61,218 nt of DNA, from contig JBIJDH010000032.1 of assembly GCA_044344255.1 (NCBI GenBank), forward strand, positions 1-61,218. Direction: 5' to 3'. The notes beneath the pieces are model-generated. The model was given only the letters and a program-made list of their open reading frames with translations. It did not search any database and was not told where the DNA came from. Below are positions 50,162 to 59,612 of the stretch, one piece after another. A program made the position numbers and the translations under genes. Origin of the DNA: Myxococcota bacterium (GTDB lineage Bacteria; Myxococcota_A; UBA796; UBA2385). Position 1 is the first letter of the stretch. Every line of letters begins with the position of its first letter.

Positions 50162-50860
50162 TCACCGAGGCCGGCGCTGGTAGCGCAGCGAGAGAGACCT
50201 GGGGTCGGCCCCAAGGCGATACGCGAGGCGTAAGGCCCAGAGTCGAACGACGGTGCGGTTGACCCCCTCCTGCTCCCATCGGCGGGCCGAGGTGGTGACC
50301 GTGGCGGGCACGACGACCGCGGGCCAGCGAGCCTGCGCCCGGTCGGCGAGGTCGAGATCTTCGAAGGCGGGCAAGGCGGCGAACCCGCCGAGCTCGAAGA
50401 ACGCGGATCGCTCAAACCAAATCGCCATATCCCCCGAGCAAGCTCCGCTCCGGCGAGCGCGCCGGTTCATCCAGGCACCCGTGAAGCGGAGGCGAGGGTC
50501 GTCGCTGTGGACGCGGACCTCGAAGCATCCCCAGCGGCCCTGCCCCGAGGCCAGCCGAAGGGCGGCGCCCGACCCCTCCGGCACCCCGGCGTCTGCGTGG
50601 ACGAACCAGAACAGATCCCCGATGGCGACGGCCGCCGCGGAGTTCATCTGCGGGCCTCTCCCGGAGGGGGCCTCGATGACCCGCGCGCCCGCCGCCCGCG
50701 CGCGATCACGGGTGCGATCGCGGCTCCCACCATCGACGACGATCACCTCGTCGGCTTCGACGCGCAGCTGCGCGACGATCCGCCCGACGCCGGCTTCTTC
50801 GTCGAGGGTGGGCACGATGGCGCTGATGCGGGGCGGCGAGGGGTGGCTCACCCCGACCAA
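50162..50860 (-). CDS. GT2 glycosyltransferase, TIGR04283-like family
   Basis: SAIVPTLDE, VVDGGSRD, GRGPQMN, FVHAD, GD, FED, TSARRW. Confidence 0.85.
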   Translation of the reverse strand: MVGVSHPSPPRISAIVPTLDEEAGVGRIVAQLRVEADEVIVVDGGSRDRTRDRARAAGARVIEAPSGRGPQMNSAAAVAIGDLFWFVHADAGVPEGSGAALRLASGQGRWGCFEVRVHSDDPRLRFTGAWMNRRARRSGACSGDMAIWFERSAFFELGGFAALPAFEDLDLADRAQARWPAVVVPATVTTSARRWEQEGVNRTVVRLWALRLAYRLGADPRSLSLRYQRRPR

Positions 50861-50919
50861 CTATCCCGGCGCCGCCCACGCCCCCTTTGACAGGCCGCCT
50901 GCTCGTGTAAAGCTCTCCC

Positions 50920-50955
50920 CCCATCTCTCTACCCATCTCTCGACCCATCTCTCTC
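50920..50955 (+). repeat. Three tandem 12-bp repeats (CCCATCTCTCNN)
   Basis: cccatctctcta, cccatctctcga, cccatctctctc between TTGACA (50887) and the sodB start. Confidence 0.8.
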
Positions 50956-51011
50956 CCAACGACCTCCCCCCAGACCACCCAACGGGCCGCATCTTGGCCG
51001 CGGAGACCTCC

Positions 51012-51605
51012 ATGTCCTTCCAGCTCCCCACCCTGCCCTACGAGAAGAACGCGCTCGCCCCCACCATCTCGGAGGAGACGATCAACTTCCACTATGGCAA
51101 GCATCACCAGACCTACGTGACGAACCTGAACGGCTTCGTCGAGAAGGACGCCTCGCTGGCCGGCAAGAGTCTTGAGGAGATCGTCCGCACCAGCAGCGGC
51201 CCTGTGTTCAACAACGCCGCCCAGGTCTGGAATCACACCTTCTACTGGCACAGCCTCAGCCCCCAGGGCGGCGGCCTCCCCACCGGCGCCCTCGCCGAGG
51301 CCATCAACCGCGACTTCGGGTCCTTCGACACCTTCAAGGCGGAGTTCACCGCTGCTGCCCTGGGCCAGTTCGGCTCGGGCTGGGCCTGGCTCGTCAGCGA
51401 CAAGGACGGAAAGCTCAAGGTCGTGAAGACCGCGAACGCCGAGACCCCGCTCACCACCGGCGCCACCCCGCTGCTCACCTGTGATGTGTGGGAGCATGCC
51501 TATTATGTGGACTTCCGCAACAACCGCGGCGCCTACGTGCAGGGCTTCTGGACCCTCGTGAATTGGGCCTTCGCCTCGGCCAATTACGCCGCCGTCACCG
51601 GCTGA
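51012..51605 (+). CDS. sodB: Superoxide dismutase [Fe]
   Basis: HYGKHHQTY, FNNAAQVWNHTFYW, QFGSGWAW, DVWEHAYY; AQ at the specificity position suggests Fe. Confidence 0.93.
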   Translation: MSFQLPTLPYEKNALAPTISEETINFHYGKHHQTYVTNLNGFVEKDASLAGKSLEEIVRTSSGPVFNNAAQVWNHTFYWHSLSPQGGGLPTGALAEAINRDFGSFDTFKAEFTAAALGQFGSGWAWLVSDKDGKLKVVKTANAETPLTTGATPLLTCDVWEHAYYVDFRNNRGAYVQGFWTLVNWAFASANYAAVTG

Positions 51606-51640
51606 TCCGGGGAGGCTGATCCGGCGAGGCCGCCCCGATC

Positions 51641-51689
51641 GCATCGTGCATCGTGCATCGTGCATCGTGCATCGGGCATCGGGCATCGG
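51641..51689 (+). repeat. Heptamer tandem repeat (GCATCGT)4(GCATCGG)3
   Basis: Seven contiguous units between the convergent sodB and murG stops. Confidence 0.92.
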
Positions 51690-51696
51690 GCGCCGC

Positions 51697-52812
51697 TCAG
51701 CGGGCGAATTGCGCCTCGATGAGATCGGCGACCTCCTCGGCCGTCCCCGGGTGGCCCTGCCCGCGGGCGGCCGACGCCATCTTGTTCAGCGCCGTACGGT
51801 CGAGCAGGAGGGCCTCGATGCGCTCGATCGCGGCGCCGATGTCCATGCCCTCCTCCACGATCACCGCGGCGGCGCCCACCGCCTCCAGCCCGCGCGCGTT
51901 TCCCTCCTGGTGATTGTCGGTCACGTTCGGCGAGGGGACCAGGACCGATGCCTTGCCAATGGCGGTGAGCTCGGCCAAGGTAGACGAGCCGGCGCGGCAG
52001 AGCACGAGGTCGGCGACGGCAAAGGCATCGGCCATCCGGTCTTCATAGGGTCGCAGCGCGAGGCCGGGCGGCGCAGGTTCAAGCTGCGCCCGGACGGCGT
52101 CGAAGTAGCTCGGTCCCGTCACGAAGAGGAGCTGGTAGGGCCGCTCCGGGCGCTGCGCCAGGGCCACGCCGAGCTCACAGAGCGTCTTGGCGCCGAGCGA
52201 GCCACCGACGACCAGCAGCGTGGGCCGATCCCCGGAGAGGCCGTACCGCGCGAGGGCCGCCCCACGGTCACCGGTCATCACCGCAGGGTTGACGGGACAG
52301 CCCACCACTCTACGAGGCGCCTTCCCCGGGAGCCGCGCAGCGGTGGCGCCATACGTGAGCAGGACGAGGTCGGCGACCCGCGCGCAGAGGCGGTTGGCGA
52401 GCCCCGGGGTGACGTTGGCTTCATGCACCGCGCGCGGGATACCGAGCGTCCAGGCGGCGAGCACGGGCGGGGCCGAGATGTAGCCGCCCACCCCGAGGAC
52501 GAAGGTGGCCCCCTGCGCCTTGAGGTGGCGCCGCGCCTCCACCACGCTCGTCAGCAAGGCCCCGAAGAAGCGCAGCTTGGAGACGAGGCCGGCCCGCGGG
52601 AATTGGGGAGCCTTCAACGGAACGAAGGGGATGCCCCGCTCCGGGACCACCCGCCCCTCAAGCCGCGAGGCCTCCCCAAAGTAGACCAGCTTGTGCCCCC
52701 GCGCCTGGAGCGCCGCCCCCATGGCGAGGGCCGGATAGACATGGCCACCCGTGCCGCCTCCGGCGAGCACGATGGTGAGGTGACGACCGACGGGCGCAGG
52801 AACAGCAGACAA
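51697..52812 (-). CDS. murG: Lipid II GlcNAc transferase
   Basis: AGGGTGGHVYPA, GGYIS, HEANVTPGLAN, GGSLGA, CRAGSSTLAE, HQEGNA; TTG 52812 preceded by GGAGG. Confidence 0.93.
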   Translation of the reverse strand: MSAVPAPVGRHLTIVLAGGGTGGHVYPALAMGAALQARGHKLVYFGEASRLEGRVVPERGIPFVPLKAPQFPRAGLVSKLRFFGALLTSVVEARRHLKAQGATFVLGVGGYISAPPVLAAWTLGIPRAVHEANVTPGLANRLCARVADLVLLTYGATAARLPGKAPRRVVGCPVNPAVMTGDRGAALARYGLSGDRPTLLVVGGSLGAKTLCELGVALAQRPERPYQLLFVTGPSYFDAVRAQLEPAPPGLALRPYEDRMADAFAVADLVLCRAGSSTLAELTAIGKASVLVPSPNVTDNHQEGNARGLEAVGAAAVIVEEGMDIGAAIERIEALLLDRTALNKMASAARGQGHPGTAEEVADLIEAQFAR

Positions 52813-53009
52813 CGCAGGACCCTCCGAGCGCCGCCCCCTAACCGAACCGACGCCGCGATTGCCTCTCAGGGCCTTCCCGCCCCGCGACGGGGTGGCTACC
52901 CTTCGGTCCCAGGCTAGAGCCACCGCGACCGGCTCCAGCGGACGGTTCAAGCAAAGCTGCCTTCGAAACTCAGAACAAACAGCGAAGACTACATCATGAA
53001 GTCCCTCCG

Positions 53010-54842
53010 ATGAAGAACTACAGCCGAGGCCTGTTTCTTTGGGTGTTCCTCGCCCTCGTCGTGATGCTGGCCTTCACGGTGGTGGACCAAGAGGGCCGGG
53101 GGCGAAGTGAGGAGATCCGCTTCTCCGAGTTCGTCACCCACGTAGAGCGCGGCGACATCTCCGACGCGCGCATCCAGGGCCAGGAGATCGAGGGCAAGCT
53201 GAAGGACGGCACCGCCTACAAGACGGTCGGTCCGAATGACGCCGACGCCGTGCTCGGCCTCCTCCGGGAGCGTGGGGTCACCCCTGACTTCGAGCCCGCC
53301 CCCACCGGCGGCCTGCTCGCGGTGGTCTCCACCGCCCTGCCTCTCGTGCTCATCGTGGTGCTCTTCGTCGTGTTCATGCGCCAGCTCCAGTCCGGGGGCG
53401 GAAAGGCCATGAGCTTCGGAAAGTCAAGGGCCAAGCTTCTCTCCGAGACAGGCCGTCGAATCACCTTCGAGGACGTCGCCGGATGCGAGGAGGCGAAGAC
53501 CGAGCTCGAAGAGATCATCCACTTCCTCAAAGACCCCCGCAAGTTCACCCGCCTCGGCGGCCGGATCCCCAAGGGTGTGCTGCTGATGGGCCCTCCGGGC
53601 ACCGGCAAGACCCTGCTCGCCCGGGCGGTCGCCGGAGAGGCCGGGGTGCCCTTCTTCAGCATCTCGGGCTCCGACTTCGTCGAGATGTTCGTCGGCGTGG
53701 GCGCGAGCCGCGTCCGTGACCTCTTCGAGCAGGGAAAGAAGCAGGCCCCCTGCATCATCTTCGTAGACGAGATCGACGCCGTCGGGCGCCACCGCGGCGC
53801 CGGCATGGGCGGCGGTCACGATGAGCGCGAGCAGACCCTGAACCAGCTCCTCGTCGAGATGGACGGCTTCGAGTCGAACGACGGGGTCATCCTGATGGCC
53901 GCCACCAACCGCCCCGACGTGCTCGACCCCGCCCTCCTCCGCCCGGGTCGCTTCGACCGCCGCGTCGTGGTCTCCAACCCGGACGTGAAGGGCCGCCTCG
54001 GCATCCTCAAGGTCCACACCCGCCGGACCCCCCTCGACGAGTCCGTCAACCTCGAGATCGTGGCGCGCGGAACCCCCGGCTTCTCCGGCGCCGACCTCGA
54101 GAACCTCGTGAACGAAGCCGCGCTCGTCGCCGCCCGGGAGGGAAAGCAGAAGCTCGAGAACATCGACTTCGACCGTGCCAAGGACAAGGTCTCGATGGGC
54201 GTGGAGCGGAAGAGCATGGTGGTGCCCGAGGCAGAGCGCCGTCGCACCGCCTACCACGAGGCCGGCCACGCCATCGTCGCCCGCCTCCTCCCCGAAGCCG
54301 ACACCGTCCACAAGGTCACCATCGTCCCCCGCGGGCGGGCCCTCGGCCTGACCCAGATGCTGCCCGACGAGGACCGCCTCGGGGCGACGGTCGCCGAGCT
54401 CCGCACCCGCCTCGCGATCTTCATGGGGGGGCGCGCCGCGGAGGAGCTGGCCCTCGACGAGCTCTCCACGGGCGCGTCCAACGACCTCAAACAAGCCACC
54501 CGCATCGCGCGGGCGATGGTCACCGAGTACGGCATGAGCGAGGTGCTCGGCCCCGTCTCGCTGAATGAAGACAGTGAGGTCTTCCTCGGTCGCGACTTCG
54601 GCAGGGTGCAGGAGTTCTCGGAGCACACCTCAAGGATGGTGGACACCGAGGTAAAGCGGATGCTCGACGAGGCGTACAGCATCGCCCACTCCGTGCTCAA
54701 GGCGAACTTCCACATCCTCGAGCGCCTGGCGCAGATCCTCCTCGAGAAGGAGACGGTTGAGGGCCGCGAGTTCGAGGAGGTCGTCGTCAACTTGAACCCC
54801 GTCTTCCCCACGCTGCCGCCGGCCTACGCGCAGAGCCGATGA
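53010..54842 (+). CDS. ftsH: ATP-dependent zinc metalloprotease
   Basis: Two TMs, [38 protein letters not shown]. Confidence 0.98.
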   Translation: MKNYSRGLFLWVFLALVVMLAFTVVDQEGRGRSEEIRFSEFVTHVERGDISDARIQGQEIEGKLKDGTAYKTVGPNDADAVLGLLRERGVTPDFEPAPTGGLLAVVSTALPLVLIVVLFVVFMRQLQSGGGKAMSFGKSRAKLLSETGRRITFEDVAGCEEAKTELEEIIHFLKDPRKFTRLGGRIPKGVLLMGPPGTGKTLLARAVAGEAGVPFFSISGSDFVEMFVGVGASRVRDLFEQGKKQAPCIIFVDEIDAVGRHRGAGMGGGHDEREQTLNQLLVEMDGFESNDGVILMAATNRPDVLDPALLRPGRFDRRVVVSNPDVKGRLGILKVHTRRTPLDESVNLEIVARGTPGFSGADLENLVNEAALVAAREGKQKLENIDFDRAKDKVSMGVERKSMVVPEAERRRTAYHEAGHAIVARLLPEADTVHKVTIVPRGRALGLTQMLPDEDRLGATVAELRTRLAIFMGGRAAEELALDELSTGASNDLKQATRIARAMVTEYGMSEVLGPVSLNEDSEVFLGRDFGRVQEFSEHTSRMVDTEVKRMLDEAYSIAHSVLKANFHILERLAQILLEKETVEGREFEEVVVNLNPVFPTLPPAYAQSR

Positions 54843-55627
54843 GCGCAGACCGCACCGCGCGGCCGCTCGTCCAGGGGGTGCTCAACTGCACGCCCGACTC
54901 CTTCTACGATGGGGGGCGTCACGGCGATGTAGACGGGCTCATTCGCCAGGCCCACCGCATGGTAGAGGCCGGCGCCGACTGGATCGACGTCGGCGGCGAG
55001 TCCACCCGCCCCGGGAGCGCGGCCGTCCCCCCCGAAGAGCAGCTCCGCCGGGTGCTGCCGGTGATCCGAGCCCTGTCAGGCCTCGCTCCGATCAGCATCG
55101 ACACCACCTCGGCCAGGGTCGCGGCCGCCGCGCGAGAGGCCGGCGCGACCCTCCTCAACGACGTCCGCGGCCTCCAAGACGCCGAGCTCGCCGCCGTCTC
55201 CGCTGAGTTCCAGGCCACCGTCGTCATGCACAGCCGGGGCAGCCCGGCGACCATGGGCCGCCTCACCGACTACGACGACCTGGTGGCCGAGGTTCGCGAC
55301 TGGCTGATCGAGGCCGCCGGCCGCGCCAAGAGCCCTCTCGTCTACATCGACCCCGGCCTCGGCTTCGCCAAGACCGCGGTCCAGAGCACGCGCCTCCTCC
55401 GACACACCGACGAGCTCGTGGCCACGGGGCTCCCCGTGCTGATCGGCGCCTCACGAAAGAGCTTCATCGGCGCCGCCCTCGGCCAACCCTCCCCCGAGGA
55501 TCGCCTGCCAGGCTCGCTGGCAGCGGTGGCCTTCGCGGCGGCGGCCGGCGCACGCGTCTTCCGCGTGCACGACGTCGGACCAACCGTCCAGCTCCTGGAT
55601 ATGCTGGCCGCGATCCGGGCGGCCTGA
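54839..55627 (+). CDS. folP: Dihydropteroate synthase
   Basis: LNCTPDSFYDGG, GGESTRPG, SIDT, DPGLGFAK, SRKSFIG, RVHDV. Confidence 0.96.
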   Translation: MSADRTARPLVQGVLNCTPDSFYDGGRHGDVDGLIRQAHRMVEAGADWIDVGGESTRPGSAAVPPEEQLRRVLPVIRALSGLAPISIDTTSARVAAAAREAGATLLNDVRGLQDAELAAVSAEFQATVVMHSRGSPATMGRLTDYDDLVAEVRDWLIEAAGRAKSPLVYIDPGLGFAKTAVQSTRLLRHTDELVATGLPVLIGASRKSFIGAALGQPSPEDRLPGSLAAVAFAAAAGARVFRVHDVGPTVQLLDMLAAIRAA

Positions 55628-55703
55628 CCGCCCCCGCTCCCGCCCACGCACCTTCGCTCCCCCAGCCCCGGGAGCCCGACGGTCCCATGCCTCACCGGTC
55701 GCG

Positions 55704-56504
55704 ATGAACCACTGGATCTGGGAGACCCTCGAGTGGGCCGATGCGATCGACATCGGCGTGATGGCGTTCATCCTCTATCGGACGATGCTCGTCATCCAGG
55801 GCACCCGAGCCATCCAGAGCCTCGTGGGGCTCCTCGTCCTGCTGGGCCTCTACCTCGTGGCGAACGCGCTCCACCTCGTGAGCGTGACTTGGCTCTTTGA
55901 CAAGCTCTTCGTCTACATCGTGTTGGCCGTGATCATCCTCTTTCAGGACGACATCCGCCGCGGCCTCGCCAGCGCAGGCGGCCGCCTCTTCACCCGGCTC
56001 CGGCGTAACGCCGAGCTCTCCGTCTACGAAGAGATCATCAAGGCGAGCTTCGTGCTGGCCTCCCGGCGTATCGGGGCCCTGATCGCGATCGAGCGCGGCG
56101 CCTCTCTCGAGGAGTACGTGGAGCCCGCCACGCAGATCGAGGGCCGGGTCAGCCAGGAGCTGCTGCTCGCGATCTTCCACCCGACGAGCCCCTTGCACGA
56201 CGGCGCCGTCATCCTCCAGAAGGGTCGGATCACCGCTGCCAAGGCCTTCCTGCCCCTCACCCAGTCGAAGAACATCTCCCGCTTCTTCGGCACCCGTCAC
56301 CGCGCCGCGATCGGCCTGGCCGAGGAGACCGACGCGGTCGTCATCGTCGTGAGCGAAGAGCGTGGCACCGTCAGCATCGTCGAGCATGGCGAGGTGCGGC
56401 CCACCGCGGACGCCAATGAGCTCCGGGAGGCCCTGCAGAAGCTGCTGAGCCAGCCGATGCCCCCGACCTCCAACCGCACCATCCCGCCCGCGGGTGACCG
56501 ATGA
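55704..56504 (+). CDS. cdaA: Diadenylate cyclase, membrane-bound
   Basis: Three N-terminal TMs, FQDDIRR, GALI, PLHDGA, GTRHRAA, VSEE. Confidence 0.95.
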   Translation: MNHWIWETLEWADAIDIGVMAFILYRTMLVIQGTRAIQSLVGLLVLLGLYLVANALHLVSVTWLFDKLFVYIVLAVIILFQDDIRRGLASAGGRLFTRLRRNAELSVYEEIIKASFVLASRRIGALIAIERGASLEEYVEPATQIEGRVSQELLLAIFHPTSPLHDGAVILQKGRITAAKAFLPLTQSKNISRFFGTRHRAAIGLAEETDAVVIVVSEERGTVSIVEHGEVRPTADANELREALQKLLSQPMPPTSNRTIPPAGDR

Positions 56505-57490
56505 AGGCGCTCCACCCTCGAATCCGCCAGTTCCTGCTCGAGGTGCTCACGGACAACCTCGCCTTCAAGGTGCTCTCCCTGTGCCTCGCCGCCGGGATCT
56601 GGGTCGGTGTACAGAACGAAGACGTGACCGATCACCGCGTCCGTGCCCGCATTCAATACACGTGGCCCGAAGGTCTGACCCGCGCCGAGGACGCCGTCAG
56701 CACGCTGTCGGTCTCGATCAGCGGCCCGCACGGCCTCGTGCGCCTCGCCGAGAAGCGGGAGCTCATCTTGCCGGTCGACCTCTCGGAGGCCGAGGCCGGC
56801 AGCGTGACCGTCGACTTCACCGATCGCCCCATCCTCGGCCTGCCCGCCGGCCTCGATGTGGTTCAGCGCTCTCCGCCCTCCGTCGAGATCGTGCTCGACA
56901 AGATCACCACTCGCCCGTTGAAGGTGAAGCCCGTCCTCAAGGGCGACCCCGCGCCGGGCTGGCAGCTCGTGAGCGTCACCACGGAGCCGAAGCTGGTCGA
57001 CATCTCCGGCCCGCTCACCGTCGTTCAAGGGATGTCGGAGATCGGCACCAACACGATCAACATCAGCGGCATCAACGCAGACCTCGACGTCGAGATCGGC
57101 CTCGCCGTCCGAGGGCGCACGCTCACTCCCCGCAGCCGAAACCCGGTCAAGGTGCACATCGACGTCGAGCCCATCTTCACCGAGCGGGCCTTTCCTGCGG
57201 TGCCGGTCCTCGTCCGCACCCCCGGCTGGAAGGTGGAGCCAGCCACCGCCGCCTTGGTCCTCCGCGGCACCAAGAGAGATCTTGAGGCCCTCAAGCCCGA
57301 CGAGGTCAACGTCGTGGTGAGCCTCCCGGAGCCCCTCCCCCCGCCCGCGGCCGAGGGCGTCGCCCCCGGCCTGGACCTCAGCTGGAGCGCAGAGAGTCGG
57401 ACGGTGCGGGTCATTCACACCGGCTCGGCGGAGGCCATCCAGGTGGGCGAGCTCAGCCCGATCACCTTCCACGTGGAGCCCCTACCGTGA
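56501..57490 (+). CDS. cdaR: YbbR-domain regulator of CdaA
   Basis: N-terminal KVLSLCLAAGIW anchor, repeated beta domains, overlap with cdaA. Confidence 0.85.
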   Translation: MKALHPRIRQFLLEVLTDNLAFKVLSLCLAAGIWVGVQNEDVTDHRVRARIQYTWPEGLTRAEDAVSTLSVSISGPHGLVRLAEKRELILPVDLSEAEAGSVTVDFTDRPILGLPAGLDVVQRSPPSVEIVLDKITTRPLKVKPVLKGDPAPGWQLVSVTTEPKLVDISGPLTVVQGMSEIGTNTINISGINADLDVEIGLAVRGRTLTPRSRNPVKVHIDVEPIFTERAFPAVPVLVRTPGWKVEPATAALVLRGTKRDLEALKPDEVNVVVSLPEPLPPPAAEGVAPGLDLSWSAESRTVRVIHTGSAEAIQVGELSPITFHVEPLP

Positions 57491-58860
57491 AGACGCCCCC
57501 CCTCCAGCCCCGCGCCCCCCTCCGTTTCGGGACGGACGGTGTCCGCGGCGCGGCCGGTCAATGGCCGCTCACCGAAGAGGGCGCCATGCTCGTGGGCCAG
57601 GCCCTCGCAGACACCCTCCGCGCCGAACAGCCCGAGGCCACCGTCGTCATCGGCATGGACACCCGTCGTTCGAGCCCCTGGCTCGCCCGCTGGCTGGAGT
57701 CGGGGCTTCGCCGACAGGGTGTCCACGTGCTGCGGGCCGGCGTCCTGCCCTCCGCCGGCCTGTCGCTGGCCGTGGTCGCGAGCCGCGCCGACGCCGGCGT
57801 GATGATCACCGCGAGCCACAACCCGGCCTCCGACAACGGCATCAAGCTGATGGGCCCGGATGGGCGGAAGTGGGTCGGCCAAGAGGCTCTGGAGGCGCGC
57901 TTGGACCAGGCCCTCGAAGCGGCGCCCCCTCCAGCCCCGATCCGGGGTAGCGCTCGAGACCTCGAAGACCCGGCTGGACCCTGGCGGGCCGCGATGCCCC
58001 GCCTCGATCTCTCTGGCCTCCGCCTCCTCCTCGACTGCGCGCACGGCGCCGCCGCGCCCCACGCCCCCGCCCTGCTCCAGTCGCTGGGCGCAGCGCTCCA
58101 ACTGCGCGGCTGCGATCCGGACGGGGACAACATCAACGCCGCCGTGGGCGCCCTCCACCCACCGAGCGCCGCCGAGGTGGCCGCCGCTGGCTGCGCGCTC
58201 GCGCTCTGCCTCGACGGCGACGCCGATCGTCTGCTCCTCGTCGATCCCGAGCGCGGCGTGCTCGACGGCGACGACGCCCTCTTCCTCCTCGCCGCCGAGG
58301 GGCAGGGGCCGGTGGTGGGCACGGTGATGAGCAACGGGGGCCTCGACGCCGCGCTCCCTGGCCGCCTCCTGCGGAGCCCCGTCGGGGACCGCTCGGTCGC
58401 CGCCAAGATGCTCGAGTCCGGCGCCCGCTTCGGGGCCGAGCCCTCCGGTCACATCCTCTTCTCCGACGGCCCGCCCACCGGGGACGGCGTCTACGCCGCG
58501 CTCCGCCTCCTCGCCGTGGGCGCCACCGAGGGGCGGCCCCGCCTCCCCTTGCTCTCCGGAGACGGCCCCAGCCCGCCCTCAGAGGTCGGGGTGGGCACGT
58601 CGAGGCGACGCTGGAGCCGGTGGCCCCTGTTCACCCGCGACGTCCGCTTCAGCGGGGCCCGCCGCTCCCTCGAGGGCCTCACCTCGATCCACTCCGCCGA
58701 AGCCGCCGGGAACCGCGTCGTGGTGCGCTACTCCGGCACGGAGCCGCTGCTCCGCATCTTGGTGGAGGGGCCCGCCTCGCCGGGCGGGGAGGGCGCGCCG
58801 GACGCGGGCCAAGGCCCGGCCGCCTGGGTAGAGCGCATCGCGCAGGAGTTCCAGTCATGA
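57487..58860 (+). CDS. glmM: Phosphoglucosamine mutase
   Basis: FGTDGVRG, ITASHNP, DGDADR, GTVMSN, GAEPSGH, RYSGTEP. Confidence 0.93.
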   Translation: MKTPPLQPRAPLRFGTDGVRGAAGQWPLTEEGAMLVGQALADTLRAEQPEATVVIGMDTRRSSPWLARWLESGLRRQGVHVLRAGVLPSAGLSLAVVASRADAGVMITASHNPASDNGIKLMGPDGRKWVGQEALEARLDQALEAAPPPAPIRGSARDLEDPAGPWRAAMPRLDLSGLRLLLDCAHGAAAPHAPALLQSLGAALQLRGCDPDGDNINAAVGALHPPSAAEVAAAGCALALCLDGDADRLLLVDPERGVLDGDDALFLLAAEGQGPVVGTVMSNGGLDAALPGRLLRSPVGDRSVAAKMLESGARFGAEPSGHILFSDGPPTGDGVYAALRLLAVGATEGRPRLPLLSGDGPSPPSEVGVGTSRRRWSRWPLFTRDVRFSGARRSLEGLTSIHSAEAAGNRVVVRYSGTEPLLRILVEGPASPGGEGAPDAGQGPAAWVERIAQEFQS

Positions 58861-59612
58861 GCTCGAAGGGCCCCTCCGTCTCCCCCCGCCGCCTCGGCGT
58901 GAACATCGACCACGTCGCCACGCTCCGTCAGGCGCGAAGGGCGAGCTACCCGGACCCCGTGGCCGCTGCGATCGCCGCTGAGCTGGCCGGGGCGGATCAG
59001 ATCACCTGCCACCTGCGAGGCGACCGGCGCCACATCCAGGACGCGGACCTCCCCCGCCTGCGCGACGCCACCCAAACGATGCTCAACGTCGAGCTTGCCA
59101 CCACGGAGGAGATGATCGGCATCGCGGTCTCCCTGCTCAGCGTCCGGGCCTCCCCGAATCGGCAGCACCAGGTCACCCTGGTCGCCGAGCGCCCTGGCGA
59201 GGTCACCACCGAGGGGGGCCTCGACGTCGCCTCCCAAACGAAGGTGGTCGGACAAGCCGCCGCTCGCCTCGTAGACGCTGGGATCCGCGTGAGCGCCTTC
59301 GTCGATCCCGACGAGCGGCAGGTCCGCGCCTGCTCAGAATCCAGCTACGCTGCCATCGAGCTCAACACCGCGCGCTACGCCGAGGGAGCGCCTGGGGAGC
59401 TCGACCGCCTGCGACGGGCGGCCTTGCTGGCCCGTGAGCTCGGCCTGGAGGTGGCGGCGGGGCACGGCCTCACCCACCACAACCTTCCGCCGCTGGTAGC
59501 CGCCGTCCCGGAGATCATCGAATACAACATCGGTCACAGCATCATCGGGCGGGCGGTCTTCGTCGGCATCGATCGCGCGGTGAGGGACATCCTCGACCTG
59601 ATCCGTCGATGA
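58857..59612 (+). CDS. pdxJ: Pyridoxine 5'-phosphate synthase
   Basis: LGVNIDHVATLRQAR, HLRGDRRHI, TTEGGLD, AGHGL, NIGHSII. Confidence 0.96.
   Translation: MSSKGPSVSPRRLGVNIDHVATLRQARRASYPDPVAAAIAAELAGADQITCHLRGDRRHIQDADLPRLRDATQTMLNVELATTEEMIGIAVSLLSVRASPNRQHQVTLVAERPGEVTTEGGLDVASQTKVVGQAAARLVDAGIRVSAFVDPDERQVRACSESSYAAIELNTARYAEGAPGELDRLRRAALLARELGLEVAAGHGLTHHNLPPLVAAVPEIIEYNIGHSIIGRAVFVGIDRAVRDILDLIRR

Noticed and set aside
50920..51689. CRISPR array
   Set aside because: Repeats are 7-12 bp, contiguous and lack spacers; no cas genes in the window.
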